Source: an uncultured cyanobacterium
Lineage (GTDB): Bacteria > Cyanobacteriota > Cyanobacteriia > Leptolyngbyales > Leptolyngbyaceae
Assembly: GCA_963766075.1 (NCBI GenBank)
Contig: CAVYAN010000075.1
Coordinates: 23,268-87,267, forward strand
Direction of reading: 5' to 3'
DNA: 64,000 nt
The position numbers were made by a program, and so were the translations under genes. The stretch's first letter is position 1; the number at the start of each line of letters is the position of its first letter. This document shows positions 48,874 to 59,557 of this stretch, in pieces. Under the pieces are notes generated by a model. That model saw only the letters and a program-made list of their open reading frames with translations. It was not told the DNA's origin and searched no databases.

Positions 48874-51261
48874 TTAATCGACACCATTTCCAAAGGGAGG
48901 GCAGTACGGTTGTAACTGTTGCTGACGGAGTAACCCTGAAACAGCACTACTCTCTAACGGGTGGGCAAAATAATATCCCTGTCCAGAGTGGCATTGAATT
49001 GCTTGCAGGTAGGACAACTGTCGGGGTGTTTCTATGCCCTCGGCAACAATATTTAACCCCAGGTTCGATCCCAGATTGACGATCGCTTTGACGATTTCTA
49101 ATTTTTCGACGTCTGATTCCAAGAGGGTAATAAAGGAGCGATCGATCTTGAGGCTATCGACGGGAAAGCGATGCAGATAGCTGAGGGAAGAATACCCTGT
49201 CCCAAAATCATCGAGACAGACTTGAATATTGCGGTCTTGAAACTGCCGCAAAATCGTGGCAGCGACTTCAGCGTTTTCAATCAGTACGCCTTCGGTAATT
49301 TCCACCTTCAACCGTGAGCCACAGAGGCCCGAGGTATTCAAAATGTGATCAATCTGGGAAATTAGTTCAGCATGGGAGAATTGCTTGCCGGATAAATTGA
49401 CACTAACGGTGAGATCCGGTAGCGTGGGAAATTCATGGAGCCAGATATAGAGTTGTCGGCAGGCCGCTTGCAACACCCAGAGATCGATGGTCATAATTAA
49501 TCCCGTATCTTCCGCAATGGGGATAAATTCGTCAGGAGAAATCATCCCCTGCTCTGGGTGTTGCCAGCGCACCAGTGCTTCAAATCCCTCGATGCATTGG
49601 CTCTCTAAGGAAATAATCGGCTGGTAATGGACGCGCAATTCTTGACGTTCGATCGCCCGTTGGAGGTCGCTCTCTAATTGAAGTTGCCTGAGGGCTTGAG
49701 TGTGCATGGAAGCATCAAATATTTCATACCCTCCCCGATGACGTTTTTTTGCCCGATACATGGCAATATCAGCATCACGCAGCAGTTGATCAGGCTCCCT
49801 GTAGTGGGCGGAGTTGAGCGTAATACCGATGCTAGTACTGATAAATACTTCATGGCCATCCAATAAGATAGGTGCTTTTAGTTCCTGATGAATGCGATGG
49901 GCGACTTCAATGGCGTCACTGATACCTTGAATATCTTCTAGTAAGATGACAAATTCATCCCCTCCCAACCGGGCTACGGTATCGCCCATGCGTAGACAGA
50001 GCTGTAACTGCTGGGCGACCTTTTTCAGGAGTTGATCGCCTGCAGTATGGCCTAGGCTATCGTTGACCACCTTAAAGCGATCTAAATCAAGAAAAAGAAC
50101 AGCAAACTGATAAGACTGTGTAGGCAGATGCCGTTGTGATCGCCGTTGTGCCAAATGCAGAACATGCTCGAGTCGATCCATCAACAAAACGCGATTGGGC
50201 AATCCGGTCAGGGCATCATGAAAGGCATCATGCCGGAGTTGCGCTTCCATTCTTTGACGCTCTGCCAGCTCGATTTGAGCTTGTTGATACAATTGCGCTT
50301 GATGGATGGCAATCGCACATTGATCGGCGATCGCTTTCACCAAGGCAATTTCATCATCCGTCCAGGTCCGCTGGCGATCACACTGTTTTAGGCAAATGCC
50401 CCCAAAGTAAGATTGCTGATACAGCAAGGGCATCAGAATCAGAGAACGAATTCCATAGACGCTGGCGATCTTTGGGATGGGGTCAATTTCCTGACCAATA
50501 TCGTGAATGATCACGGGTTGATCATGGCGTAAAGTCGCTTGATAAAAATCATAAAAATCACAGGTTGTACCCAGAAGTTGCTCACGTTCCGGGGAGGCTT
50601 GGCTGAGGTATTGAATATGCGATCGCCCGTTGGGCTCCGCTTCAGACTCCTGCGACTGAAAAATGAAGCAGTGACTTGTTTGCAGTGCTTCCTGCAGTTG
50701 ATCGACCGTTGTTTGCAGCACCGCTTCGAGCACCAGGGTTTCGCGCATGGCCTGCACAATCCGATTTACAATGGTTTCTCGCCATGCCTGTTGTTGAATT
50801 TGGGCGATCGCCACCTTTTGTTGACGACGTAACCCAAACTCCTGAAGTGCCCGTTCTAGGACTGTGGGCAGTCGAAACAACCGATCCTTGAGGACATAGT
50901 CCGTCATTCCGGCCTTGATGCATTCGACAGCCGCCTCTTCCCCCAAGCTACCCGTAATCAAAACGAACGGTATTTCCTGTACAGACGCCTTCAGCAACTC
51001 AAATGCCCGGGCCCCATTAAAGTTGGGCAAACGATAATCCGATAAAACAATGTCGTAGGCACGGGTGTTGAGTAGGTACTGACATTCATCCAGGGTGGAG
51101 GTTGTATCGTACGTAAAGTTGAGATGTGCCGACGTTAGCATCAGCACAATTAACTCAACATCCTCTGGGACATCTTCAATAATCAGCAGATTGAGGACGG
51201 AATGCAGGCTGTCTAGCCTAATACCTTCATTCTGACCGTGAGGGTACTCCACCTCGTTCAT
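48874..51261 (-). CDS. REC-GAF-GGDEF-EAL diguanylate cyclase/phosphodiesterase
   Basis: LIIED..LSDYRLP, GAF (QRTWTDDEI..IAIHQAQL), DALTGLPNR, RMGD I-site, GGDEF, EALVRW, DDFGTGYSSL. Confidence 0.96.
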   Translation of the reverse strand: MNEVEYPHGQNEGIRLDSLHSVLNLLIIEDVPEDVELIVLMLTSAHLNFTYDTTSTLDECQYLLNTRAYDIVLSDYRLPNFNGARAFELLKASVQEIPFVLITGSLGEEAAVECIKAGMTDYVLKDRLFRLPTVLERALQEFGLRRQQKVAIAQIQQQAWRETIVNRIVQAMRETLVLEAVLQTTVDQLQEALQTSHCFIFQSQESEAEPNGRSHIQYLSQASPEREQLLGTTCDFYDFYQATLRHDQPVIIHDIGQEIDPIPKIASVYGIRSLILMPLLYQQSYFGGICLKQCDRQRTWTDDEIALVKAIADQCAIAIHQAQLYQQAQIELAERQRMEAQLRHDAFHDALTGLPNRVLLMDRLEHVLHLAQRRSQRHLPTQSYQFAVLFLDLDRFKVVNDSLGHTAGDQLLKKVAQQLQLCLRMGDTVARLGGDEFVILLEDIQGISDAIEVAHRIHQELKAPILLDGHEVFISTSIGITLNSAHYREPDQLLRDADIAMYRAKKRHRGGYEIFDASMHTQALRQLQLESDLQRAIERQELRVHYQPIISLESQCIEGFEALVRWQHPEQGMISPDEFIPIAEDTGLIMTIDLWVLQAACRQLYIWLHEFPTLPDLTVSVNLSGKQFSHAELISQIDHILNTSGLCGSRLKVEITEGVLIENAEVAATILRQFQDRNIQVCLDDFGTGYSSLSYLHRFPVDSLKIDRSFITLLESDVEKLEIVKAIVNLGSNLGLNIVAEGIETPRQLSYLQAIQCHSGQGYYFAHPLESSAVSGLLRQQQLQPYCPPFGNGVD

Positions 51262-51378
51262 AACGCAAAACTATGGGACTGGTTGATCAATACCTAGAAA
51301 AACTCCCAACCTAGAAAAGCTCCCAAACTGCGCAGCCTAGAATCCACAGCAGCATGGTTGTCCACTAGGTGAAGATTG

Positions 51379-51816
51379 CTAGAGTGGAGGGGGCTGATTG
51401 AGTTGCATCCAATACTCTCCGACCTGCTGAGAGACCTCCTGAAACTGCTGAAAATCCAGCGGTTTTACCACGTAGCTATTGACACCTAAACTATAGCATG
51501 ACTCAATATCTTGACCTTCCGCCGAAGAGGTCATCACCACAACTGGCACAGTGCGGGTGCGAGGATGCTGGCGAATGGCTTCTAGGACTTGAATGCCATT
51601 AATCTTGGGGAGTTTTAGGTCCAGTAAAATCATCCGAGGTAAGGGCCGTGCGGGCACACCGTCGGCCTGACCAAATAGATAGAGTAGTGCTGCTTCGCCA
51701 TCTTCTGCGACATCAATTTGATTCACGAAAGGATAGGCGTCGAGGGCTAGACGAATCAGCTCGACGTCATTCGGATCATCTTCGACAATGAGGAATCGGG
51801 ACATATTAATTACCAT
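51379..51816 (-). CDS. Single-domain response regulator (Rcp1-like)
   Basis: LIVEDDPNDV, LLDLKLPKING, VVVMTSS, GVNSYVVKP. Confidence 0.93.
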   Translation of the reverse strand: MVINMSRFLIVEDDPNDVELIRLALDAYPFVNQIDVAEDGEAALLYLFGQADGVPARPLPRMILLDLKLPKINGIQVLEAIRQHPRTRTVPVVVMTSSAEGQDIESCYSLGVNSYVVKPLDFQQFQEVSQQVGEYWMQLNQPPPL

Positions 51817-52011
51817 GTTTAATGAGATGACCGTCGCACCCTGGCTCAGGGCACGACCGCCAAAACAATGACTTGTGAAATAACTACCGGAGCAAAGCCA
51901 ATTTCAGCCAGAAGATACTTGGTGTTATTTAAAACATATTACATCAGCGATATTACGTAGGCACCCGGCTTTACTAGAAGTTTAAAAGCCGCTGCTAACC
52001 CACGCGATCGC

Positions 52012-52060
52012 AAAGGCCCATAGACCAGAAAGGCCCATAGACCAGAAAGGCCCATAGACC
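52012..52060. repeat. 17-bp tandem repeat AAAGGCCCATAGACCAG, about 3 copies
   Basis: Read directly; no spacers. Confidence 0.88.
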
Positions 52061-52100
52061 GCAGATAAGCGATTCAAGCCGACGTGCAGAAAATGTCCGG

Positions 52101-55100
52101 TTACGAAAAGTTACCGACAGTGAAGTAGAAGATTGCCCCTTGGTTGGGCTGGCTTTCGGCCCAGATGGTGCCGCCGTGGCGGTGGATGATCCGTTGCACA
52201 ATGGTTAGACCAATGCCTGTGCCTTCAAAAGCGTTTTGAGCATGTAACCGTTGAAAGGCTCCAAATAGCTTGTCGGCGTATTCCATCTGAAACCCAACAC
52301 CATTGTCTTTGATAAAGATGGCCCCTTCTGGCAAACTGCCAATTTCAATACAGGGCGTTGGCTGGTGGCGGCTAAATTTTACAGCATTGCTGATCAAATT
52401 ACTCAACACCTGTTGCAACAGTGTGGCATCTCCCTGCACGGTGGGTAAAGGGCCGATGGCAAATTCAACCGGAGCCATTGTTTCGGGTTGGTTATGAACA
52501 AGGGCGATCGCTTCATCCACCAGTTCCCGCAGGCGCACAGGCTGATAGTCCATCGGTTTGCGCCCAATGCGCGAGAGGGTGAGCAAGCCGTCAATTAACT
52601 GAGCCATTTTTTGGCTGCTGTTCTCGATCACCTGTAGGTAATGGGTAACTTTGGGGTCAGACAAGGCGGCATGGTTGTGTAGCCGCTGCTCTAGGGCATT
52701 GATAAAGCCATGAATATGGCGTAGGGGGGCGCGTAAGTCATGGGAAACGGAGTAGGAAAAGGATTCCAGCTCGCGGTTAGTGGCCTCTAGCTGCAGGGCG
52801 GTTTGCTGGATTTTTTGCTCGGTGAGTTTGCGATCGGTGATATCGAGGACAGTGCCGATGATGTGGGTGATTTGGCCGGTGGCATCATAGTTCATTTCCC
52901 CACGGGCTAAAACATAGACCAAGGTGCGATCGGGGCGAAACAGGCGGTGTTCCATCTCGTAGGACTGCCCTGCGGTAATGGCTGTCTGTACGGTTTGATC
53001 AAAATATTGCCAATCCTCTGGATGAATGGCGTGTTGCAACTCCTCATAGGTCGGTGCCCCCAGCGCTGGTTCGCGGCCATAAATGTGGAAGACTTCCTCA
53101 GACCAGCTTAAACTACGGGTTTGTAGGGCAAATTCCCAACTGCCCAATTTACCAATCCGCTGGGCAGTCCTGAGGTGGGCATCACTCTTGCGCAACTGGT
53201 CTTCAGCGTGTTGGCGTTGGGTAATATCCTGAAGCATGCCGATGATATGCGTCACCTGACCGCCTTGATCCCGTAATAGCGTCGTGGTCAAACTGCCGAC
53301 GATGGTTTCTCCACTTTTTTGGGTATAGCGTTTTTCAATGGGATCAGCAGGCACTTCGCCGCTGAGGAGTGCTTCCACATAGGGCAGTTCAGCGTTCCAG
53401 TCATCGACAACAAAAAGACTAAAACAGGACTCCAGGGTTAATAGCTCGGCCTCACCGTAGCCCAGCAGTTGACAAAAGGCTTGGTTTACCGCTGTCAAGC
53501 GATCGCGCTGAACATCGGCAACAGCAATGCCAATCGGAGCACCGTCAAAGAAGCCCCGAAAGCGGGCTTCACTCGCCTGTAATGCGGCGGTACGGTGCTT
53601 AATTCTAAGTTCCAGTTCATCATTCAGGCGTTGTAGTGCCAGTTCAGCGGTTTTGCGTTCCGTAATGTCCAGATCGACCCCAAGAATCCGTATGGGGTGA
53701 CCGGTTTCATCGTTAAACACTTTTCCTAAACAGTGAATCCATCGAGTGGTGCGATCGGGGCGCACGATCCGGTATTCCTGCTGCAAGCAACCGGTCTGCA
53801 TCGCAGTTTTGACGGCTTGTTGAACCTTGACTAAATCATCGGGATGAATCCGGTTGAGAAAGCTTTCTGCTTTCCCATCAAAGGTACCGGGGGCAAATCC
53901 GAAGAGGACTTCGGTCTGGGGTGACCAAATTTCTTCTCCAGTTAATAAATTCCCGTCCCATGTTCCCATGCTGGCGGCTTCCAGAGCGAGGTTCAGGCGA
54001 GTCTGCTGCTCCCGGAGATCCGATTCTGCTTGCTTGCGAATGGCTTCGTCGTGCTTAGCAGTGGTGATATCAAAGCCCATGGATTGGAGGTTGATAATTT
54101 GACTATGCTCGTCAAAAAAGGCCCGGTTCACCCATTGCTGCCAGCCTTCACTGCCATCGGCCCGAATCACGCGATGCTCATAACTGATCACGGGGGCATC
54201 GGGAGTGAGGGCCATGTATTGAGCTTGAGCCGACTGGCGCTCGGCTTCGTCGGGCAGGAAATCGAGAAAACGGCGTCCAATTAATTGATCAGGATCTTGG
54301 TTGAAGTAGTTGGAGTAGGTTGAGTTGACATAGGTGAGGGTGCTATCGGGCAAGAACTGACAGATTAAGGCGGGCATATCTTCAGAAAGCTGGCGATAGC
54401 GTTCTTCACTTTGTTTGAGGGCTGCTTCTGCCTGTTTGCGGCGGGTAATATCGGTAACAAAGCCCTCCAAATACAGCAGGTCGCCATTATCGGCATAGAC
54501 GCCCCGGCCCCGGCCCCAAACCCACTTTTGCTCCCCAGATTTAGTCATGATTCGGTATTCACATTCGTAGGGTTGCTGAGTGGCGACGGCCTGCTGCACG
54601 ATGTTCCAGAGGGGCTCAGCATCCTCTGGAAAAATTTCTTGTCCACAGGAAATCGTGCGATCGCTGAGGTATTCTTCCTGGCGATAGCCCGTAATCGCCA
54701 ATACCCCTTCGCTAATAAATTCAGGCGTGTAATTGGGGTCATTGGTGACTCGATAGATATAACCCGGTAAGTTACTAATCAGAATTGAGAGGCGATGTTC
54801 ACTCTCTCTGACTGCATTCTCGGCCAGTTTACGCTCGGCCTCGCTGCATTTACGTTCGGTGATATCGACATCGATGCCCACCATGCGAATCGGCGTTCCT
54901 GCTGCGTCGTAGAATATTTGGGCCCGACTGGACAGCCAGCGAATGGTCTGATTAGGCCAAACTACCCGATACTCCGCCCGGTAATAGCCCGTTTGCAACG
55001 CCTCTTGGTTGGCCTGCTGCACGTATGCCCGATCATCGGGATGAATTTGGTTCAGGAAGCTGGCCAGCGTGCCATCAAAGGTGTTGGGTGCAAATCCCAA

Positions 55101-55781
55101 AATTGCTTCCGACTGGGACGACCAGATTTCTTCTCCAGTTTGCAGATTGACTTCCCAGGCTCCCATATTGACCGCCTCAAGGGCTAGACGTAGCCGCTCT
55201 TCGCGGTCTTGTAGGGCTACTTCTGCTTGTTTACGCTCAGTGATGTCTTCTGAAAAGCACAGGAGATATTCCGGTCGTTGCTGTGCATTGTAGAGGGGAA
55301 CTTTGACCGTATGGAGAATCCGCCGCCCCAGACTATGGCTGTCAATCGGCTCTTCGGGAATATCTTCTGGGGTACCGCGCTCAAAGGCTTCTCGATCTTT
55401 TTGCAGAAAATAGTCCGCTTGTTCCTTGGGAAAATAGTCATGAACGGTTTTACCGATCGCCTGTTCTGCTGTCACCCCAAACATCGTTTCACTGGTTTGG
55501 TTCCACAGCAACATTTCACCAAAGTGTTCAGCTCTGCCATCCTTGACGAAAACGGCAACGGGCAAATGATCGATGACGACCTGAAGAAAGTTACGGGTCT
55601 GCTGCAACTCTGCCGCGAGCTGTTTGCGTTCCGTAATATCTTCTACCCATTGGCGAAACCGCTCCTCCTGCTCTTGTAAGGCGATGGTACGCCGCTGAAG
55701 GTGCCATGACCAAAGGGCGATCGTGCCCAGGATCGGCATCAGCACTGCTAGCAAAACACCACTCTCCAGCCAAGAACTCAT
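52101..55781 (-). CDS. Multi-PAS (about 7) sensor histidine kinase
   Basis: N-terminal TM, repeated PAS/PAC units ending DITERK, ELESFSYSVSHDLRAPLRHI, NLISNAVKF, DNGVGF, GTGIGL. Confidence 0.95.
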   Translation of the reverse strand: MSSWLESGVLLAVLMPILGTIALWSWHLQRRTIALQEQEERFRQWVEDITERKQLAAELQQTRNFLQVVIDHLPVAVFVKDGRAEHFGEMLLWNQTSETMFGVTAEQAIGKTVHDYFPKEQADYFLQKDREAFERGTPEDIPEEPIDSHSLGRRILHTVKVPLYNAQQRPEYLLCFSEDITERKQAEVALQDREERLRLALEAVNMGAWEVNLQTGEEIWSSQSEAILGFAPNTFDGTLASFLNQIHPDDRAYVQQANQEALQTGYYRAEYRVVWPNQTIRWLSSRAQIFYDAAGTPIRMVGIDVDITERKCSEAERKLAENAVRESEHRLSILISNLPGYIYRVTNDPNYTPEFISEGVLAITGYRQEEYLSDRTISCGQEIFPEDAEPLWNIVQQAVATQQPYECEYRIMTKSGEQKWVWGRGRGVYADNGDLLYLEGFVTDITRRKQAEAALKQSEERYRQLSEDMPALICQFLPDSTLTYVNSTYSNYFNQDPDQLIGRRFLDFLPDEAERQSAQAQYMALTPDAPVISYEHRVIRADGSEGWQQWVNRAFFDEHSQIINLQSMGFDITTAKHDEAIRKQAESDLREQQTRLNLALEAASMGTWDGNLLTGEEIWSPQTEVLFGFAPGTFDGKAESFLNRIHPDDLVKVQQAVKTAMQTGCLQQEYRIVRPDRTTRWIHCLGKVFNDETGHPIRILGVDLDITERKTAELALQRLNDELELRIKHRTAALQASEARFRGFFDGAPIGIAVADVQRDRLTAVNQAFCQLLGYGEAELLTLESCFSLFVVDDWNAELPYVEALLSGEVPADPIEKRYTQKSGETIVGSLTTTLLRDQGGQVTHIIGMLQDITQRQHAEDQLRKSDAHLRTAQRIGKLGSWEFALQTRSLSWSEEVFHIYGREPALGAPTYEELQHAIHPEDWQYFDQTVQTAITAGQSYEMEHRLFRPDRTLVYVLARGEMNYDATGQITHIIGTVLDITDRKLTEQKIQQTALQLEATNRELESFSYSVSHDLRAPLRHIHGFINALEQRLHNHAALSDPKVTHYLQVIENSSQKMAQLIDGLLTLSRIGRKPMDYQPVRLRELVDEAIALVHNQPETMAPVEFAIGPLPTVQGDATLLQQVLSNLISNAVKFSRHQPTPCIEIGSLPEGAIFIKDNGVGFQMEYADKLFGAFQRLHAQNAFEGTGIGLTIVQRIIHRHGGTIWAESQPNQGAIFYFTVGNFS

Positions 55782-56059
55782 GGGCTTAACCCTTGCAAAG
55801 ACGGTTTTTCCCCCAAGTAACGGGGCTGATTAGAACGGGAATTGCTAAAGATCTTAGCTGCTATATCCATTCCCATTGCGATGAGGATAGCAATTTCGAT
55901 GGAGATGCGGCCCGAAATCTGCCCCAAAATCTGAGCTGTAGGCCGGGGGTGGCCACCCTCCAGGCTCGCCAAAATAGTGAAATGTATCGAAATTTACAGT
56001 TTACGGGTTTTTACGGCGCGTATGGTTGTAGCGGCTTCTTGCATGAAGGGTGGCTTGCT

Positions 56060-57490
56060 GTGCAGTTTAACGATTACGATCCTGGCGATTTTTATGACGA
56101 ACTGTTTCTAGCACCGGGGCAACCCCGCCCGGATGCCGTGCCCCTCATTGAACGCATGAATGCCCTTTCGCCCGATGAGATTCAACGACGGCAACAAGCT
56201 GCCCAGATTGCTCTGTTTAAGCTGGGAGTCACCTTTAATGTCTACAGCGATGATCAAGGGACCGAGCGCATTTTGCCCTTTGACATTATTCCTCGCATTA
56301 TTGCTGCTGCCGAGTGGAAAACCTTAGAGCAAGGGTTGAAGCAACGGATTCATGCGCTCAATCTGTTTCTAGCGGACGTTTACGGCGATCAGACAATCCT
56401 GCGGGACAGTATTATTCCCCGAGAGTTGGTGGAGTCGTCGAGTGGCTACCTGGCCCCTTGTCTAGGCTTAAAGCCCCCAGGGGACATCTGGTGCCACATT
56501 ACCGGTACGGACCTGGTGCGCGATCGCGATGGCCAGTGGTTTGTCTTGGAAGATAACCTGCGCTGTCCTTCCGGTGTCTCCTATGTCCTCGAAAATCGGC
56601 GGGTGATGAAAAGTACCTTCCCCGTCGTCTTTGACCGGATGCAGATTCAACCTGTAGAGGAATATCCGAGTTACCTGCTGGAAACCCTGCTGAATCTGGT
56701 ACCGCCGAATCTGTCGGATCCCACGGTGGTGGTGCTGACGCCGGGAATCTACAACTCCGCCTATTTCGAGCATTCCTTTCTAGCTCAACAAATGGGTGTA
56801 GAACTCGTCGAAGGCCGGGACTTGGTCGTGGCTGATGGCTACTTGCAAATGCGGACCACCAAAGGGCTGAAGCGTGTCGATGTCATCTACCGGCGGATTG
56901 ACGATATCTTCATTGACCCCCAGGTCTTTCGTCCCGACTCTCACCTCGGAATTCCTGGACTGATGGAGGTGTATCGTGCCGGTCGAGTGGCGATTGCCAA
57001 CGCATTGGGTACCGGTGTCGCCGATGATAAAGTGATCTACTCCTATGTTCCTGACATGATCCGGTACTATCTCAGCGAAGAACCCATTCTCGCCAATGTA
57101 CCCACCTATCTATGCTGGGAACCGCAGCAGCAACGCCACGTCCTCGCCAACCTAGAAAAATTGGTCGTCAAGGCCGCCGATGAATCGGGTGGCTACGGTA
57201 TGCTGATTGGCCCCCAATCCACCGCCGCCGAGCGGGCCGCTTTTGCCGAAAAAATCAAAGCCAATCCGCGCAAATACATTGCCCAGCCTACCCTGAGCCT
57301 GTCTCGTGTGCCTACCCTCTGTGAGGATAATTATGCCGGTTGCCATGTGGATCTGCGCCCCTACGTCCTCTATGGCCGGGAAATATATGTCAATCCGGGC
57401 GGCTTAACCCGAGTGGCCCTCAAAAAAGGATCTTTGGTGGTCAATTCCTCCCAGGGCGGGGGTAGTAAGGATACGTGGGTCGTTTGTTAG
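56060..57490 (+). CDS. Circularly permuted type 2 ATP-grasp protein
   Basis: GVTFNVY, PFDIIPR, GTDLVRD, VLEDNLRCPSGVSY, YFEHSFLA, VDVIYRRID, GVADDK, GGLTRVAL, VVNSSQGGGSKDTWV. Start set at GTG 56060. Confidence 0.95.
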   Translation: MQFNDYDPGDFYDELFLAPGQPRPDAVPLIERMNALSPDEIQRRQQAAQIALFKLGVTFNVYSDDQGTERILPFDIIPRIIAAAEWKTLEQGLKQRIHALNLFLADVYGDQTILRDSIIPRELVESSSGYLAPCLGLKPPGDIWCHITGTDLVRDRDGQWFVLEDNLRCPSGVSYVLENRRVMKSTFPVVFDRMQIQPVEEYPSYLLETLLNLVPPNLSDPTVVVLTPGIYNSAYFEHSFLAQQMGVELVEGRDLVVADGYLQMRTTKGLKRVDVIYRRIDDIFIDPQVFRPDSHLGIPGLMEVYRAGRVAIANALGTGVADDKVIYSYVPDMIRYYLSEEPILANVPTYLCWEPQQQRHVLANLEKLVVKAADESGGYGMLIGPQSTAAERAAFAEKIKANPRKYIAQPTLSLSRVPTLCEDNYAGCHVDLRPYVLYGREIYVNPGGLTRVALKKGSLVVNSSQGGGSKDTWVVC

Positions 57491-57693
57491 AAATGCAAAA
57501 TTTAGACATGCAAAATTAGAAATGTAAAATGAAACATGCAAAATTAGACGCTCTCTCAAAATTATCAAAACTATTAGAAGTGCTCTAGTCTTAGTCTCTA
57601 GTGCCGTAGCACGCCGTGCGATTAAAAGAGCCTCACCGCCCAAAATCCAAAATCCTCTCGCGTAGCGCTGTGTAGCGCTGTCCAAAATCCAAA

Positions 57694-58647
57694 ATGCTAA
57701 GTCGCGTTGCTGATTCGATCTACTGGTTGAACCGTTATGTTGAACGGGCGGAAAATGTGGCGCGGTTTATTGATGTGAATTTGACCCTGCTGTTGGATTC
57801 GCCCTTAGGAATGGCGCAGCAGTGGGAGCCATTGATTTTAATCACGGGGGATTTGCCGCTGTTTCAAGAGCGCTATGGCAAGGCCACTGCCGAGAATGTG
57901 ATTCGTTTCCTGACCTTTGATCCGGGGTATCCCAACTCGATTTTGTCCTGCTTGCGATCGGCGCGGGAAAATGCGCGATCGGTGCGGGAGATCATTTCGT
58001 CGGAAATGTGGGAGCAAGTGAATGCCTTTTACCTGATGGTGAATGAGGCGGATCAATCGCGCCATGTCATGGAGCTTTCGGACTTTTTTAATCAGGTCAA
58101 GTTAACGAGCCATTTATTCGCTGGGGTCATGGATGCCACCATGACCCACAATGAGGGCTGGCACTTTGGCCAGATTGGTCGCTTGTTGGAGCGGGCTGAT
58201 AAAACCGCCCGAATTTTGGATGTGAAATACTTTATTTTGCTGCCGTCAGTGCGAGATGTTGGCAGTACGTTGGATGATATTCAGTGGATGGCGTTATTGA
58301 AGTCAGCCAGTGCCTATGAAATGTATCGCAAGCGGGGGGTTCATCGTCTTTCGCCTCAGTCGATCGCTGAATTCTTAGTGCTCGATCCTGAATTTCCGCG
58401 ATCGATTCGATTTTGTGTAAATCAAGTGGAGCGATCGCTGCACCAAATTATGGGCACCCCCAGCGGCACTTGGCGCACTCCCGTTGAGCGCACCCTCGGG
58501 CGGCTCCGCACCGATCTCGACTATCTGACGATGGAAGATATCATTCAAACTGGCTTGCACGAAACCTTGGACGATCTGCAACTGCGGATGAATACCATCG
58601 GCAGCAAGATTTGTGAAACCTTTTTTGACCTAGAGTCCCTGGCTTAA
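57694..58647 (+). CDS. Alpha-E domain protein (DUF403)
   Basis: MLSRVADSIYWLNRYVERAEN, ARENAR, GRLLERAD, FPRS. Confidence 0.95.
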   Translation: MLSRVADSIYWLNRYVERAENVARFIDVNLTLLLDSPLGMAQQWEPLILITGDLPLFQERYGKATAENVIRFLTFDPGYPNSILSCLRSARENARSVREIISSEMWEQVNAFYLMVNEADQSRHVMELSDFFNQVKLTSHLFAGVMDATMTHNEGWHFGQIGRLLERADKTARILDVKYFILLPSVRDVGSTLDDIQWMALLKSASAYEMYRKRGVHRLSPQSIAEFLVLDPEFPRSIRFCVNQVERSLHQIMGTPSGTWRTPVERTLGRLRTDLDYLTMEDIIQTGLHETLDDLQLRMNTIGSKICETFFDLESLA

Positions 58648-59531
58648 TGCGTTATTCCATCCATCACACCACCACCTATACCTACAGTCAACCGGTGACT
58701 CTGGCTCCTCATACGGTGCGGCTGCGACCTCGATGTGATGGACACCAGACGCTGGAAAGCTTTGGATTAAAGGTATCCCCTACGCCCTTACAGCAGGCGG
58801 CGGTGACGGATTTGGATGGGAATGCCGTTGTGAAGCTGTGGTTTGCGCCGGAGGCTGTAACCCAGTTGGTCATTGGGGCGCGATCGCAGGTTGAAACCCA
58901 TCTGGTTAATCCGTTTAGCTACATTGTGGAGCCCTGGGTCCAGGAATTGCCCTTGGACTATCCCATCTCGTTGTGGCACCAACTCCAGCCTTACTTGGGT
59001 GGGCAGTCGGTGAACGGGGGCATCGATCCGGGGGTCATGTCGCTCGTGCAGGAAATCCAGCAGCAGGTCAATGGCAATGTGGGCCTGTTTCTGACCACGC
59101 TGAACCAGCGCATCTACCAAGGTTGCCAGTCCGTGGTGCGGGAAACTGGCCAACCCTACCCAGCGGGACTGACCTGGGCCAATCGGACCGGATCCTGCCG
59201 TGACTTGGCGGTGCTGATGATCGAGTGCTGTCGGGCTGTGGGGCTGGCAGCCCGCTTTGTCAGTGGCTATCAGGAGGGTGATCCGGACCAGGACCATCGC
59301 CATTTGCACGCCTGGATGGAGGTGTATCTGCCGGGGGCGGGTTGGCGGGGCTATGATCCGATGCACGGCTTGGCGGTGAGCGATCGCCACATTGCCCTCG
59401 TAGCCAGTTCACAGTCCAGCTATGCTGCCCCCATTCTGGGTGCAATCAACCAAACTGGCGTTCAGGCCCAGATGGACTATGCGTTAGAACTTGCGCTGCT
59501 GGAACCTTGGGCGATCGCAGACCATCCGTAA
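58647..59531 (+). CDS. Transglutaminase family protein (Bact_transglu_N plus core)
   Basis: IHHTTTYTY, RLRPR, GSCRDLA, ARFVSGY, LHAWMEVYLPGAGWRGYDP (Cys-His-Asp triad). TAATG coupling to the alpha-E gene. Confidence 0.95.
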   Translation: MRYSIHHTTTYTYSQPVTLAPHTVRLRPRCDGHQTLESFGLKVSPTPLQQAAVTDLDGNAVVKLWFAPEAVTQLVIGARSQVETHLVNPFSYIVEPWVQELPLDYPISLWHQLQPYLGGQSVNGGIDPGVMSLVQEIQQQVNGNVGLFLTTLNQRIYQGCQSVVRETGQPYPAGLTWANRTGSCRDLAVLMIECCRAVGLAARFVSGYQEGDPDQDHRHLHAWMEVYLPGAGWRGYDPMHGLAVSDRHIALVASSQSSYAAPILGAINQTGVQAQMDYALELALLEPWAIADHP

Positions 59532-59557
59532 TGCCTGAGGGGTAGGATACAACACTG

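Noticed and set aside
55793..56059. N-terminal extension of the ATP-grasp ORF
   Set aside because: It spans the divergent promoter region; family-like sequence starts at about GTG 56060.
58788..59390. Long antisense or overlapping ORFs (also 40075-40704, 37415-37987, 261-713)
   Set aside because: They are shadows of well-supported genes in GC-rich coding sequence.
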